Assembly (NCBI RefSeq): GCF_001194135.2
Contig: NC_068982.1
Span: 61,786,524-61,849,611, forward strand
DNA: 63,088 bases
Reading direction: 5' to 3'
DNA from: Octopus bimaculoides
Taxonomy: Eukaryota
The notes under the pieces are model-generated. The model did no database searches. It was not told where the DNA came from and saw only the letters and a list, made by a program, of their open reading frames with translations. Position 1 is the first letter of the stretch. Each line of letters begins with the position of its first letter. The translations under genes and the position numbers were made by a program. Below are positions 52,206 to 63,088 of the stretch, piece after piece.

Positions 52206-52561
52206 AGCAATGTTAATTCTCTAAATGAAGTATTAACAGTAACTGCACGATAAAGTGTAGTATATTGCCACTTAAGTGTGGCTGACCCCTAGGGGTGGAT
52301 GTTACTGTTGCTTTTATCTTAAGTGGCAATATACTACACTTTATCGTGCAGTTACTGTTAATACTTCATTTAGAGNNNNNNNNNNNNNNNNNNNNNNNNN
52401 NNNNNNNNNNNNNNNNNNNNNNNNNNNNNNNNNNNNNNNNNNNNNNNNNNNNNNNNNNNNNNNNNNNNNNNNNNNNNNNNNNNNNNNNNNNNNNNNNNNN
52501 NNNNNNNNNNNNNNNNNNNNNNNNNNTAAATTAATAATTCTTTACCCTATATCTATAACAT

Positions 52562-52614
<53 letters not shown>

Positions 52615-52619
<5 letters not shown>

Positions 52620-53050
52620 TCATCATCATCATCGTTTAATGTCCGCTTTCCATACTAACATGGGTTGGACGATTTGACTGAGGACTGGCAAGCCAGAAGG
52701 CTGCACCAGGCTCCAATCTGATCTGGCAGAGTTTCTACAGCTGGATGCCCTTCCTAACACCAACCACTCTGAAAGTGTAGTGGGTGCTTTTATGTGCCAC
52801 CAGCACGAGGGCCAGTCACACGGTACAGGCAACGGCCACACTCAAAAAGGTGTTTTTTATGTGCCACCTGCACGGGAGCCAGTCCAGCGGCACTGGCAAC
52901 GACCTCACTCGAATGATTTTCTAATGTGCCACCAGCACAAGTGCTAGAAGACAACACTGGTAACGATTACGCTCAAATGGTGCTACTTATGGGCCACTAT
53001 CATGGAAGCCAAACAGCTGCTCTGGCAATGAACACGCTCGACAGGTGTGC
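52615..53050 (-). mobile_element. RTE-type 3' UTR/tail element with four ~65-bp internal units
   Basis: Reverse complement of the 40598-40960 family; units begin ttttatgtgccacc at ~52787, 52856, 52921 and 52986. Confidence 0.75.
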
Positions 53051-54639
53051 CTGTATTTCAGATCTAGCTTTCTCTTACACACTGATTTTGTTTGAGAATT
53101 ATGTTAAGGGCACATATGTCTGTTTTATACTCAGCTACCTTTACAGGGCGTCCCAGTATTAACTATCTATTTCAATGAAATCAGGCAAATTAAAAAAAAA
53201 ACTAACAGAATTTTGTTTATTATTTAATTATAATACCAAACAAATAATTTATAGATCTTATGTCAGCCTGCAAATTTCAAATCTATCCTTAGCATTGTAA
53301 AACACATTTTGCAGCATTTCAGGAGTTATCACCTGCACTGCCCAACATACTAATAATTCTATTTGGACTTTGCCTTTCATCTTTTCAGATTTATCAGTAT
53401 GAAAAAGATGAAAGGCAGAGTTGACTTTGGTAGGATCTGAATTCTGATTTCTGAGAGACGGAACAAATACTGCAAAGCATTCTACCTGATGTTCTAACTA
53501 CATTACCATTCTATTACTTTGGTTATACAATTAAAAACATTTATATATCTTTCCTCTTTGTTTAGAAAACAAGATAGTTGATCAAAAGGTACATTATTTC
53601 CAAGGTATAAATGTTAGTATTTAAAAATAATAACATTATTCTGAAGAATGTTCCTCTTATTGCTTTATAATGACCTCTTTGAGTTCTATCTTGTTATAAG
53701 ACAATAAAGTTTATTGACAAACTACAAAGAAATCTTTTTGAAATTCAAGACAGTCATTTTGGCTTGGAACCAGTTTTTAGAATAATGAGTTTGTTTTTCA
53801 GTCATGATTCAGTCACGATGCTTACACTTGTTCCTAGCAGAAAAGAGAGAAAAAAAAAATGTAATTTTCATTAGTCATAATATTGTAATTTAAAATACTT
53901 CACGTGTGTGGTATGCAAAAAGAGGCAGAGAACTATTGGTAGATTTAGGAGATTAATATTGCAATGGATATGAAGCATCAAATCAATTTTTTTATGTTTT
54001 TTTTAAATATGTTTTTAAATGTTTTCTTTTTTCTATTTTGATTGAGAGATATGCAATTTCATGCCATTTTAGGAACCAGCTGTTTAGAGCAATTTTTCAT
54101 AGCCATTTTTTTCTCATTTAAAACATGAATTATTATGACTAAAAAGTGACAGCAAACATTTAAGAACTTAAATAATATGAGGTGCCATTATTTTTAACTA
54201 TTGCTGACTCTATAAAAGTATTTAAAAAATTTCTACGAACCACTATTGTATTCCTGGTATCACTGTAAGAATAGTATATATTAACATCATGTTTCATGAT
54301 ACATGTATTTTATAAACCCTTTGGCCTTCAGATTATTGTCAAATGTAATGCTTGTTTATTCACATTGATTTCAATTAATCATGCATTTTTGGGTTGCTTC
54401 AAGATTTCAGTGATATAATTGAATATTTCTGGAGTGACATTGTAAGGTTAGTGTGAGAGGCTGGATTTGGCCAGTTTGAACCAAAAATTTGTAGAATATT
54501 TGAGCCAGATATGACTGGTTTAAATATTATGGTGTTAATGAATAATGCTATTGCAGAAAATGTGGCATTAACTATAAAAATGAAAAGTTGCCATATTATA
54601 GATTATACCAGATTATTATTATAGATTATACCAATCTTT

Positions 54640-55440
54640 TACTTTTTGCTTGTTTCAGTCTTGGAATGAGGCTTTTCTGGAGCAGCACCTTAAAGGGTTT
54701 AGTGGAACAAATCGATCCAAGTAGTTATTTTTTTGTTTTTGGCCTTGTACTTATTCTATTGGTGTCTTTTGCCAGACAGCTAAGTTAGGAGGACATAAAT
54801 AAACCAACACAAGTTGTCAAACGGTGGTGGGAGACATACACAAAGACTTACACACATAAAAACATACATGCATGCATATATTATTTTACTCTTTTACACG
54901 TTTCAGTCATTTGACTGTGGCCATGCTGGAGCACCGCCTTAAAGAGTTTTAGTTGAAGAAATCGACCCCCAAGCCTAGTACTTATTATCTTTGTCTCTTT
55001 TGCTGAACTGCTAAGTTACAGGGATGTAAACACACCAACATTGGTTGTCAAGTGATAGTGGGGGGGGGGACAAACACAAAGGCACACACACACACACACA
55101 CATGACAAGCTTCTTTCAGTTTCCGTCCACCAAATCCACTCACAAGGCTTTGTTCAACCCAAGGCTATAGTAGAAGACACTTGTCCAAGGAGCCACACAG
55201 TGGAACTGAACCTGGAACCATGTGGTTGGGAAGCAAGCTTCTTACCACACAGCCATGCCTGCACCTATATGATGGGTGTCTTTCAGTTTCCATCTACTAA
55301 ATCCACTCACAAGGTTTTGATCAGTCCAGTGCTATAGTAGAAGACACATGGCCAAGATGTTGCACAGTGAGACTGTGCCATCCAAGACAACTTGGTCGGG
55401 AAGCAAACTTCTTAACCACACAGCCCATGCCTGCATCTAT
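54640..55440 (-). mobile_element. Cluster of three minus-strand SINE family A pieces
   Basis: Right module at 54640-54850, full copy at 54880-55265, head at 55270-55440. Confidence 0.75.
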
Positions 55441-55590
55441 AATGTGAATGTTTATTGTTTAATTTATCTTATATGATCACATATTCATATATCTTTACTT
55501 CATACATTTCATTTGTGTGATAACAATAACTAAAACCAAACTTTTTCTGCTTTTCTTTTTTTGATTTAATTTTAGATTAAAAAAAAAGTA

Positions 55591-55985
55591 ATGGCTGTGT
55601 GGTAAGTAGCTTGCTTACCAACCACATGGTTCCGGGTTCAGTCCCACTGTGTGGCTCCTTGGACAAGTATCTTCTACTATAGCCTCAGGCTGACCAAAGC
55701 CTTGTGAGTGGATTTGGTAGACGGAAACTGAAAGAAGCCCGTCGTATATATGTATTTATATGTGTATATGTGTGTATATGTTTGTGTGTCAGTGTTTGTC
55801 CACCCAACATCGCTTGACAACCGATGCTGGTGTATTTATGTCCCCGTCACTTAGCGGTTTGGCAAAATAGACCGATAGAATAAGTACTAGGCTTACAAAG
55901 AATAAGTCCTGGGGTTGATTTGCTCGACTAAAGGCGGTTCTCCAGTGTGGCCGCAGTCAGATGACTGAAACAAGTAAATGAGTAA
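55591..55985 (+). mobile_element. Composite SINE family A
   Basis: Full head, microsatellite and right module. Confidence 0.85.
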
Positions 55986-57464
55986 AAGAATTTGAAGACC
56001 ATAGCCTTTTGTAATATTACCGCCACCAACACCACCACCACCACCACCATCATCATGTCTGTCTTCTAATCTTCCATGCTGGTATGGGTTGGACTGTTTG
56101 ACAGGAGCTGGCAAGTCCAAGGACTTTGCTAAGCTCTACTGCTGGATGCCCTTTCCTAACACAAACCACTTTACAGAATGCGGTGGATGCTTTTTTTTAC
56201 ATGGCACCAGTACTTGCAAGTTCACCAAATAACTTACAAGACAAAAGATCCCTCACCTGAGGAAGGTGGCTTTGTGCCAGGTGATGAGATTTATGTGCTG
56301 AACATTTCATGTCTAACATTTGGTTTTGTGTCTTTAGTAGAGTTCGCTCTGCTGGAAGCCTTTTAGATGCCAGGCTTCTTATTTTCTCACAATTTTCCTG
56401 CAGATTTTTATGTTTATTGATATTTAGGTTGGACATTGAACATATCAACCTCAACAGTCCAGTCTAGGCTGACCTGAAAAGATCATGGATAGTTTTTCTT
56501 TCTCTCAGTCTGACATATAGCAAAGCACATACTTCTCACAAAATCCTTACTTCTTACTCTTGAATTAAAGAATACATCTTGCTCAGAAATATGACCAAAC
56601 ATTTCCAGTGAATGTGAATTTGTGACACATGATCTTTGTATTTCAACTGCCTTCTTTATACAGCTGCTATGAATTAATGAAACTCATTTGCAAGTGGTTA
56701 TACATGCCATACAAGTCATGCCATTCATTTCCAATCTTCTATGAAAATATGTCTGGTCATGGGGAAATATCACTTTACTTGGCAACAGCTAAGGGTTGGT
56801 GACAATAAGGGTATCCAGCTGTAGAAAATCTGCCTCAGTAAATTCCATCTGATCCATGAGAGCATGGAAAAGTGGATGTTAAAATGACAATAATGATGAT
56901 GATGACGATAAAGACAATTTAGATTAGTGTTTCTCAACCATTATTTTACCTACTTTTGACTCCTATTTTATTTGGGTAGGCCCTCCTAGCCATTTGATGT
57001 TTAAAAATCCTATTGATGTGATGATTAACATTACTTGTCAGTATAGTTACTACTCTCAGCTCTTACTGAGATTTCCTAACTGGCTACTTGGCATGTTACA
57101 AATCAGTGACTGATAGTTGCTTTGTTTTCTATATATTGTGAGCTGGAACAGATTCCTGTTATCTCTCTAATGGTTGGGTGGTTGTGATTAAAGTTGGGCA
57201 GAAATAGCCTGAAACCGATTCGGTCTCATGATCCTGTTGTCTGCTGAAGGATGGTAGGGGTTTACCCACCTGCTTGCAATATATACAGGGTGCAGGCTGT
57301 ACCTATAACCAGCTGGTGGAAGATCTATTTGGGATTAAAATGGTAGTGACATTGAACAGCCATACTGATGTGGCAATTAACATTATTAATCCTATTATAT
57401 TTTTATAGTTAAATATCATTAAGAAATTTACAGAGAAAAAAAATTGTTAAAAATATTTTGTGGA

Positions 57465-57626
57465 GCGGCTGTGTGGTAAGTATCTTGCTTACCAACTACA
57501 TGGTTCCGAGTTCAGTCCTACTGTGTGGCTTCTTGGGCAAGTGTCTTCTACTATAGCCTTGGGCTGACCAAAGCCTTGTGAGTGGATTTGGTAGACAGAA
57601 ACTGAAAGAAGCCTGTCGTATATATG

Positions 57627-57674
<48 letters not shown>

Positions 57675-57820
57675 TGTGTCTGTGTTTGTCCCCCTAGCAT
57701 TGCTTGACAACCGATGCTGGTGTGTTTATGTCCCCGTCACTTAGCAGTTCGGCAAAAAGAGACCGATAGAATAAGTACCAGGCTTACAAAGAATAAGTCC
57801 CAGGGTCGATTTGCTCGACT
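57465..57820 (+). mobile_element. Composite SINE family A (3' end clipped)
   Basis: Head, microsatellite and right module to gatttgctcgact. Confidence 0.85.
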
Positions 57821-58451
57821 CAATCATTTCCCTTGGAAAATATCCAAAATAATCAACATGTACGCACGTGCACACACACATACACACACACACACACATG
57901 TGCACACATACATATGCATATACACACACATATACACACACACACACGCATGCACACACTTGCACGCACACACATGCACACACACACATATGCACACACT
58001 CATACACACACATACACTCGTGCACACGCGCACACATATGCATGTATGCACATGTACAATGAACTTATGGTGTCAACAACTGAATTGATGACACTACAAA
58101 AACTTTAATAACAAAATGGTGTCTTCTTTTCTCTTCTCTGTTGTCATGTGAAATATTGTCTGTCATTTCCATTTGGGTTATACCATGCTGTGTGCTGTCT
58201 ACACAGTTGTATAGCTAACATATGTAGTTTCTCTTTCTGTCTGTCTTTTTCTCTTGCACTGTATGTCTCATTCTCTCTTCTTCTATCTCTGTCTCTGTCT
58301 GTCTGTCTGTGTCCTCACCACCCACCCAGCAGTATCTAATTCTTCCTCTTTCTTTGCATTTCTCTTTGTTTTTGGTTTCTATAAACATACACAAATGTAC
58401 ACCCCCACCTACATATATTTGTCTGTCTATCTGTCTATTTTCATTTCATTA

Positions 58452-58572
58452 TTCTTATACAAGAATGTTGTTGATAGTGACTTTGAAGTTTCGGCCAGCT
58501 AAGCCATCGTCCGATGATGGCTTATCTAGCTGAAACTTTGAAGTCACTGTCAACAACATTCTTGTATAAGAA
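58452..58572. repeat. 121-nt fold-back hairpin (60-bp arms, 1-nt loop)
   Basis: Manual pairing: 53 Watson-Crick pairs, 5 G-U and 2 mismatches. Confidence 0.9.
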
Positions 58573-59967
58573 AAATAAATTTGTACTCTTCAAAAGTATA
58601 GCCTAACCCATCAGATTAATGTAAAATTATTTTTATTACAACTGAACATAAAAACAAACATTAATCTGTCTGTCTGTCTGTCTTTCTGTCTGTTTGTTCA
58701 TCTATCTATCTCTCTGTGTGTCTGTTTGTCTGCCTGTCTGGGGGAACAGCGTTTTTTCTATGCATGTTTCCTTAAATACATGACTATGTTCAATTTTATC
58801 ATTTTTATTTTATATTTAAAAAATTTTTTTTTGTTTTACAGTTGGTTTGGTACAATAAAGTTCCTAAATTCATATTTGATGTTTTTTAGACCTTCACAGT
58901 CTCATTTTCAAGAACTGGTTCAATTTGTGTAGATTTTGCCACCAAAGGTTTTTTTTTCTACCATTAGCTTCATGCATGAGCTGTTGTGTTAATCTGTTTG
59001 CTGTAGTTAAATTTTGACTGTTAGGTTTTTAAAATTTTTGTAAGTCATTAACCACTTGTTAATTTCTTTCGATATGTGATTGAGTGTAGATCTTCAGAAC
59101 TCTGGCTATTACATTGGACAGACCAGTACACTCTCACAAAAGCTTACCATGCACCTGCAAAATGGAGCTATACAAAAACACACAAACATTTTTTAGTTTC
59201 TCTCTACCAACTTCACTCTCAAGGTTTTGGTCAGTCTGGGGCTATAGTAGAAGACACTTGCCCAAAATGCCATGTAGAGAGGCTGAACCAAAGAGTACAT
59301 GGTTAAGAAGTAAGTTCCTAATCACACAGCCACTCCTGCATCTATACCATGCTCGAACCTATGTTTACAAATACCATTATATTTACAAATGAGTTTTACA
59401 TTAACTATTCCACCTGTTTACAAGAAGAGAGAGTTAGACAATAAAATGTAAAAATCTATTGAGCAGCCATATTAGTTAGTGAAACAATATATCTGCTAAG
59501 CTAGCTGCAACTCTCACTTAAGAAATAAATTTGACCTATACTGTAAGCTAAGCGATATTACAAGCATAAATCTTAGAATAAAAACTTGTTTGACTTATTG
59601 TTACAGTTTTGTTATGGTATATATATTTTTTCCATTTGATTAAGACTTAAATCTACCATAAATTGTTGTTAAATCTCAAGGTAATTATAGATATTTATAG
59701 GTTTCCATTTCTTCCTCTAACTTCCTTCTCTCTTTCCTACCATTTTCTTTTTTTATTCCCTTAATTCCAGCTAATTTTGTTTATGCAGTTTTAATTTGAC
59801 ATACAAGTTTTATGTAAGTTGTTGTTTTAACCACAGTTATTGAGATTAGTTGATTAGCAGAACTGATGGAAAAACTACAGTCTAAGATATATTATTCTTC
59901 ACTACATCTTCTGAGACAGTTTTCTAGTTGAAATTTCGAAAATTTTCCATTTTCTGAAAAATAAAAG

Positions 59968-61135
59968 AGGCTGTGTGGTAAGAAGCTTGCTTCTCAACCA
60001 TATGGTTCTGGGTTCAGTCCCACTGCATGGCATCTTAGGCAAGTGTCTTCTTCTAGAGCTTCAGACTGACCAAAGCTATGTGAGTGGATTTGGTAGACGG
60101 AAACTGGAAGAAACCTGTCATGTATGTATGTTTATATATACTCTTTACTCTTTTACTCTTTTACTTGTTTCAGTCATTTGACTGTGGCCATGCTAGAGCA
60201 CCGCCTTTAGTCGAGCAAATCAACCCCAGGACTTATTCTTTGTAAGCCTAGTACTTATTCTATCAGTCGCTTTTGTCAAACCGCTAAGTTACGGGGACGT
60301 AAACACAACAGCATCGGTTGTCAAGCGATGTTAGGGGGACAAACACAGACACACACATACATATATACATATACATGTATATACATATATACGACGGGCT
60401 TCTTTCAGTNNNNNNNNNNNNNNNNNNNNNNNNNNNNNNNNNNNNNNNNNNNNNNNNNNNNNNNNNNNNNNNNNNNNNNNNNNNNNNNNNNNNNNNNNNN
60501 NNNNNNNNNNNNNNNNNNNNNNNNNNNNNNNNNNNNNNNNNNNNNNNNNNNNNNNNNNNNNNNNNNNNNNNNNNNNNNNNNNNNNNNNNNNNNNNNNNNN
60601 NNNNNNNNNNNNNNNNNNNNNNNNNNNNNNNNNNNNNNNNNNNNNNNNNNNNNNNNNNNNNNNNNNNNNNNNNNNNNNNNNNNNNNNNNNNNNNNNNNNN
60701 NNNNNNNNNNNNNNNNNNNNNNNNNNNNNNNNNNNNNNNNNNNNNNNNNNNNNNNNNNNNNNNNNNNNNNNNNNNNNNNNNNNNNNNNNNNNNNNNNNNN
60801 NNNNNNNNNNNNNNNNNNNNNNNNNNNNNNNNNNNNNNNNNNNNNNNNNNNNNNNNNNNNNNNNNNNNNNNNNNNNNNNNNNNNNNNNNNNNNNNNNNNN
60901 NNNNNNNNNNNNNNNNNNNNNNNNNNNNNNNNNNNNNNNNNNNNNNNNNNNNNNNNNNNNNNNNNNNNNNNNNNNNNNNNNNNNNNNNNNNNNNNNNNNN
61001 NNNNNNNNNNNNNNNNNNNNNNNNNNNNNNNNNNNNNNNNNNNNNNNNNNNNNNNNNNNNNNNNNNNNNNNNNNNNNNNNNNNNNNNNNNNNNNNNNNNN
61101 NNNNNNNNNNNNNNNNNNNNNNNNNNNNNNNNNNN

Positions 61136-61167
<32 letters not shown>

Positions 61168-61420
61168 CATACATACATATGTATGTGTATGTGTGTGTGT
61201 GTGTATGCGTGCATGTGTTTGTGTTGTTTCTGTATTTGTCCCCCAAACGGGTGTTGGTGTGTTTATGTCCTCATAACTTGGCAGTTTGGCAAAAGCAATG
61301 GATACAATAAATATGAGCCTTAAAAAAATGTACTGGGGTCGATTCATCTGACTAAAATTCTCCAAGGTGGAGCTCCAGCATGACTGCAGTCTAATGACTG
61401 AACCAAACAAAAGATAAAAG
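59968..61420. mobile_element. SINE family A pieces around the 60410-61135 gap
   Basis: Plus head at 59968-60120, minus copy at 60145-60409 running into the gap, plus right module at 61215-61420. Confidence 0.75.
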
Positions 61421-62867
61421 GTTAAAGAAAGACAGGTTAGAGAATTCTATCAAAACACCTCTGGCCTAAGTCTTTGTAAGGGAGGGAGAGAAGGTGAAGA
61501 CATATCGTAAAGAAGTGCTAATGTATTATGGGTAGCACTTTTGTTGGGGGTCTGTTAGTTATTTTTCTTATTATTTCAGCACACTAAGAATGTATGATCA
61601 TTGTTGCCAAGTGCCCTCAGGTCAATCTAATCAATCAGATAGTTAATCCAATGTATTGAATCAATGAGTTTGTTAATTAAATGTATTCTTGCTATGATCA
61701 TCTCATCTTTGTTTTTCAAAAACATTATTTTGAGGACTGTGTTATTCAATATGGCTTCCTTTTTTAAGAATGTAAAGTTTGATTTGAAAGAGACTTGGTT
61801 GGTACTTTTAACAGCTTGAGTGACTGAGTGAAGGAAAACACACTCTCTCTTTGGCTGATTAGGGTATGTGATGGTAGTAGAGAAGCAGTTTTGTTTAATG
61901 TTTTTAGTTATATTGGTCACACTAGTCTTATGAAAACAATTACAATGCAGTGATAATCTGGTTGTAAGATCGATATTAATGGGCATCAATGAGAAAACAT
62001 AGCTTTCTGTAATTTATACATTACTTTCAAAGTAACGAATATTGATTGTGTGTAAGAGAGAGAGAGAGAGAAAGACTGAGTAAGTGTATGTGTCCACCAA
62101 GTGTGTGTGTGTGTGTGTTTTGGATGAGAGAATACTTGATGAGAGATAGTATGACAAGAATGTATCTATCAGTCTATCTCTGGTAGCTTTTGCCACATTA
62201 ATGTAATTTATATCATTCCATGAATAATACCTGATAAATAAATAAAGATAACAGCAACAACAACAGCAACAAAAGTATGAATTATTAATTGTAATAAAAT
62301 ATTAATTGCATATTGACATTCTACCTCTTGATTTCACCCTTAAAATCACCTGTTTAAGTACTCAGAGTAAAACGCATTAATCCTTCAAGTGAACGACTAT
62401 TTAAGTATTCCTTTTAATGTGACGAAATAATGTTCATCTTGATCCATCATCTGTTGCTTTCTATAATCTCCTGGGAACTGCTACTACAAAGTTAATATCC
62501 ATAACCTTTACACAATCCAAATACATACCTCAATTATTAATTATGTCACACACCAGAGAATATATAAATAGATTTGATAAAATAATATTATTTAACTTTA
62601 CTCTGAAATAATTTTGGGCTATATACACTTATAAACTATGAGAGGGCATGTGAGATTTGACATCTGAAAGCTTATGACTTCAGCCTGACTGAATCTCATT
62701 CACCTTTGATTCATACAATCACTCCATCACCATATTGTGTATACATCAGTAGAAATTTGGAGTTAATCATCTTGTGACATATGTTTGATCAAAATCATTT
62801 GATGATATGCTCTTCTTTTCATTCATAACATTGCAAAAGTAAAAAAAAAAAAAGTTGTGGACAGGTA

Positions 62868-63032
62868 TGGCAGGCATAGCTGTGTGGTAAGAAGTTTGCT
62901 TCCCTACCACTTGGTCCTGAGTTCAGTCTCACTGCATGGAATCTTGGGCAAGTGTCTTCTGCTATAGCCTTGCATTGAGCGAAGCCTTGTAGGTGGATTT
63001 GGTAGACAGAAACTGAAATAAGCCTGTTGTAT

Positions 63033-63088
<56 letters not shown>
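62868..63088 (+). mobile_element. SINE family A head running into (CA)n at the window edge
   Basis: gctgtgtggtaagaagtttgcttcc...aactgaaataagcctgttg. Confidence 0.8.

Noticed and set aside
54317-54534. piggyBac-like MITE (and a fragment ending aaagggttaa near 7205); hAT-like starts at ~14745 and ~56926
   Set aside because: TIRs are too degenerate or one end is missing, so termini and TSD cannot be shown.
4406-61410. Long ORFs made of X runs (e.g. 4406..5014, 9159..10157, 40941..41792, 60284..61410)
   Set aside because: They span N gaps (4504-4787, 9185-10127, 40968-41699, 60410-61135 and smaller ones) and have no coding content.
61627-61989. 120-aa minus-strand ORF in unique sequence
   Set aside because: No recognisable domain, splice context or second exon; its length is attainable by chance.
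14081-63088. Numerous CVCVCV, HTHTHT, YIYIYI, poly-N/D/I/H ORFs
   Set aside because: Translations of di- and trinucleotide microsatellites, many inside SINE family A.

Overview
AT-rich, gapped draft eukaryotic sequence. The SINE families, microsatellite load and repeat mix point to an octopus genome; this is inference, with no database search run. I find no intact protein-coding gene and cannot support any host exons. Most ORFs in the supplied track are microsatellite or N-gap artefacts. Recognisable coding remnants are: (1) an intronless, stop- and frameshift-disrupted ST13/Hip copy (8080-9048, minus); (2) a Penelope-like element with a GIY-YIG endonuclease and an inverted copy of its 3' end (10924-13396); (3) an internally deleted Gypsy/Ty3 element with both LTRs (19843-23059); (4) an R4/Dong-type RLE non-LTR 3' end (24497-25305); (5) several RTE LINE fragments; (6) three Tc1/mariner families, including a full-length long-TIR element (36821-38262); (7) MITEs and about 30 SINE copies. 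The most notable layer is RNA structure. At least seven hammerhead-ribozyme motifs, from intact to decayed, occur in apparently unrelated repeat families. One is inside a tRNA-headed SINE-like element and one is at the centre of a 60-bp-arm fold-back. There are also several long near-perfect palindromes.
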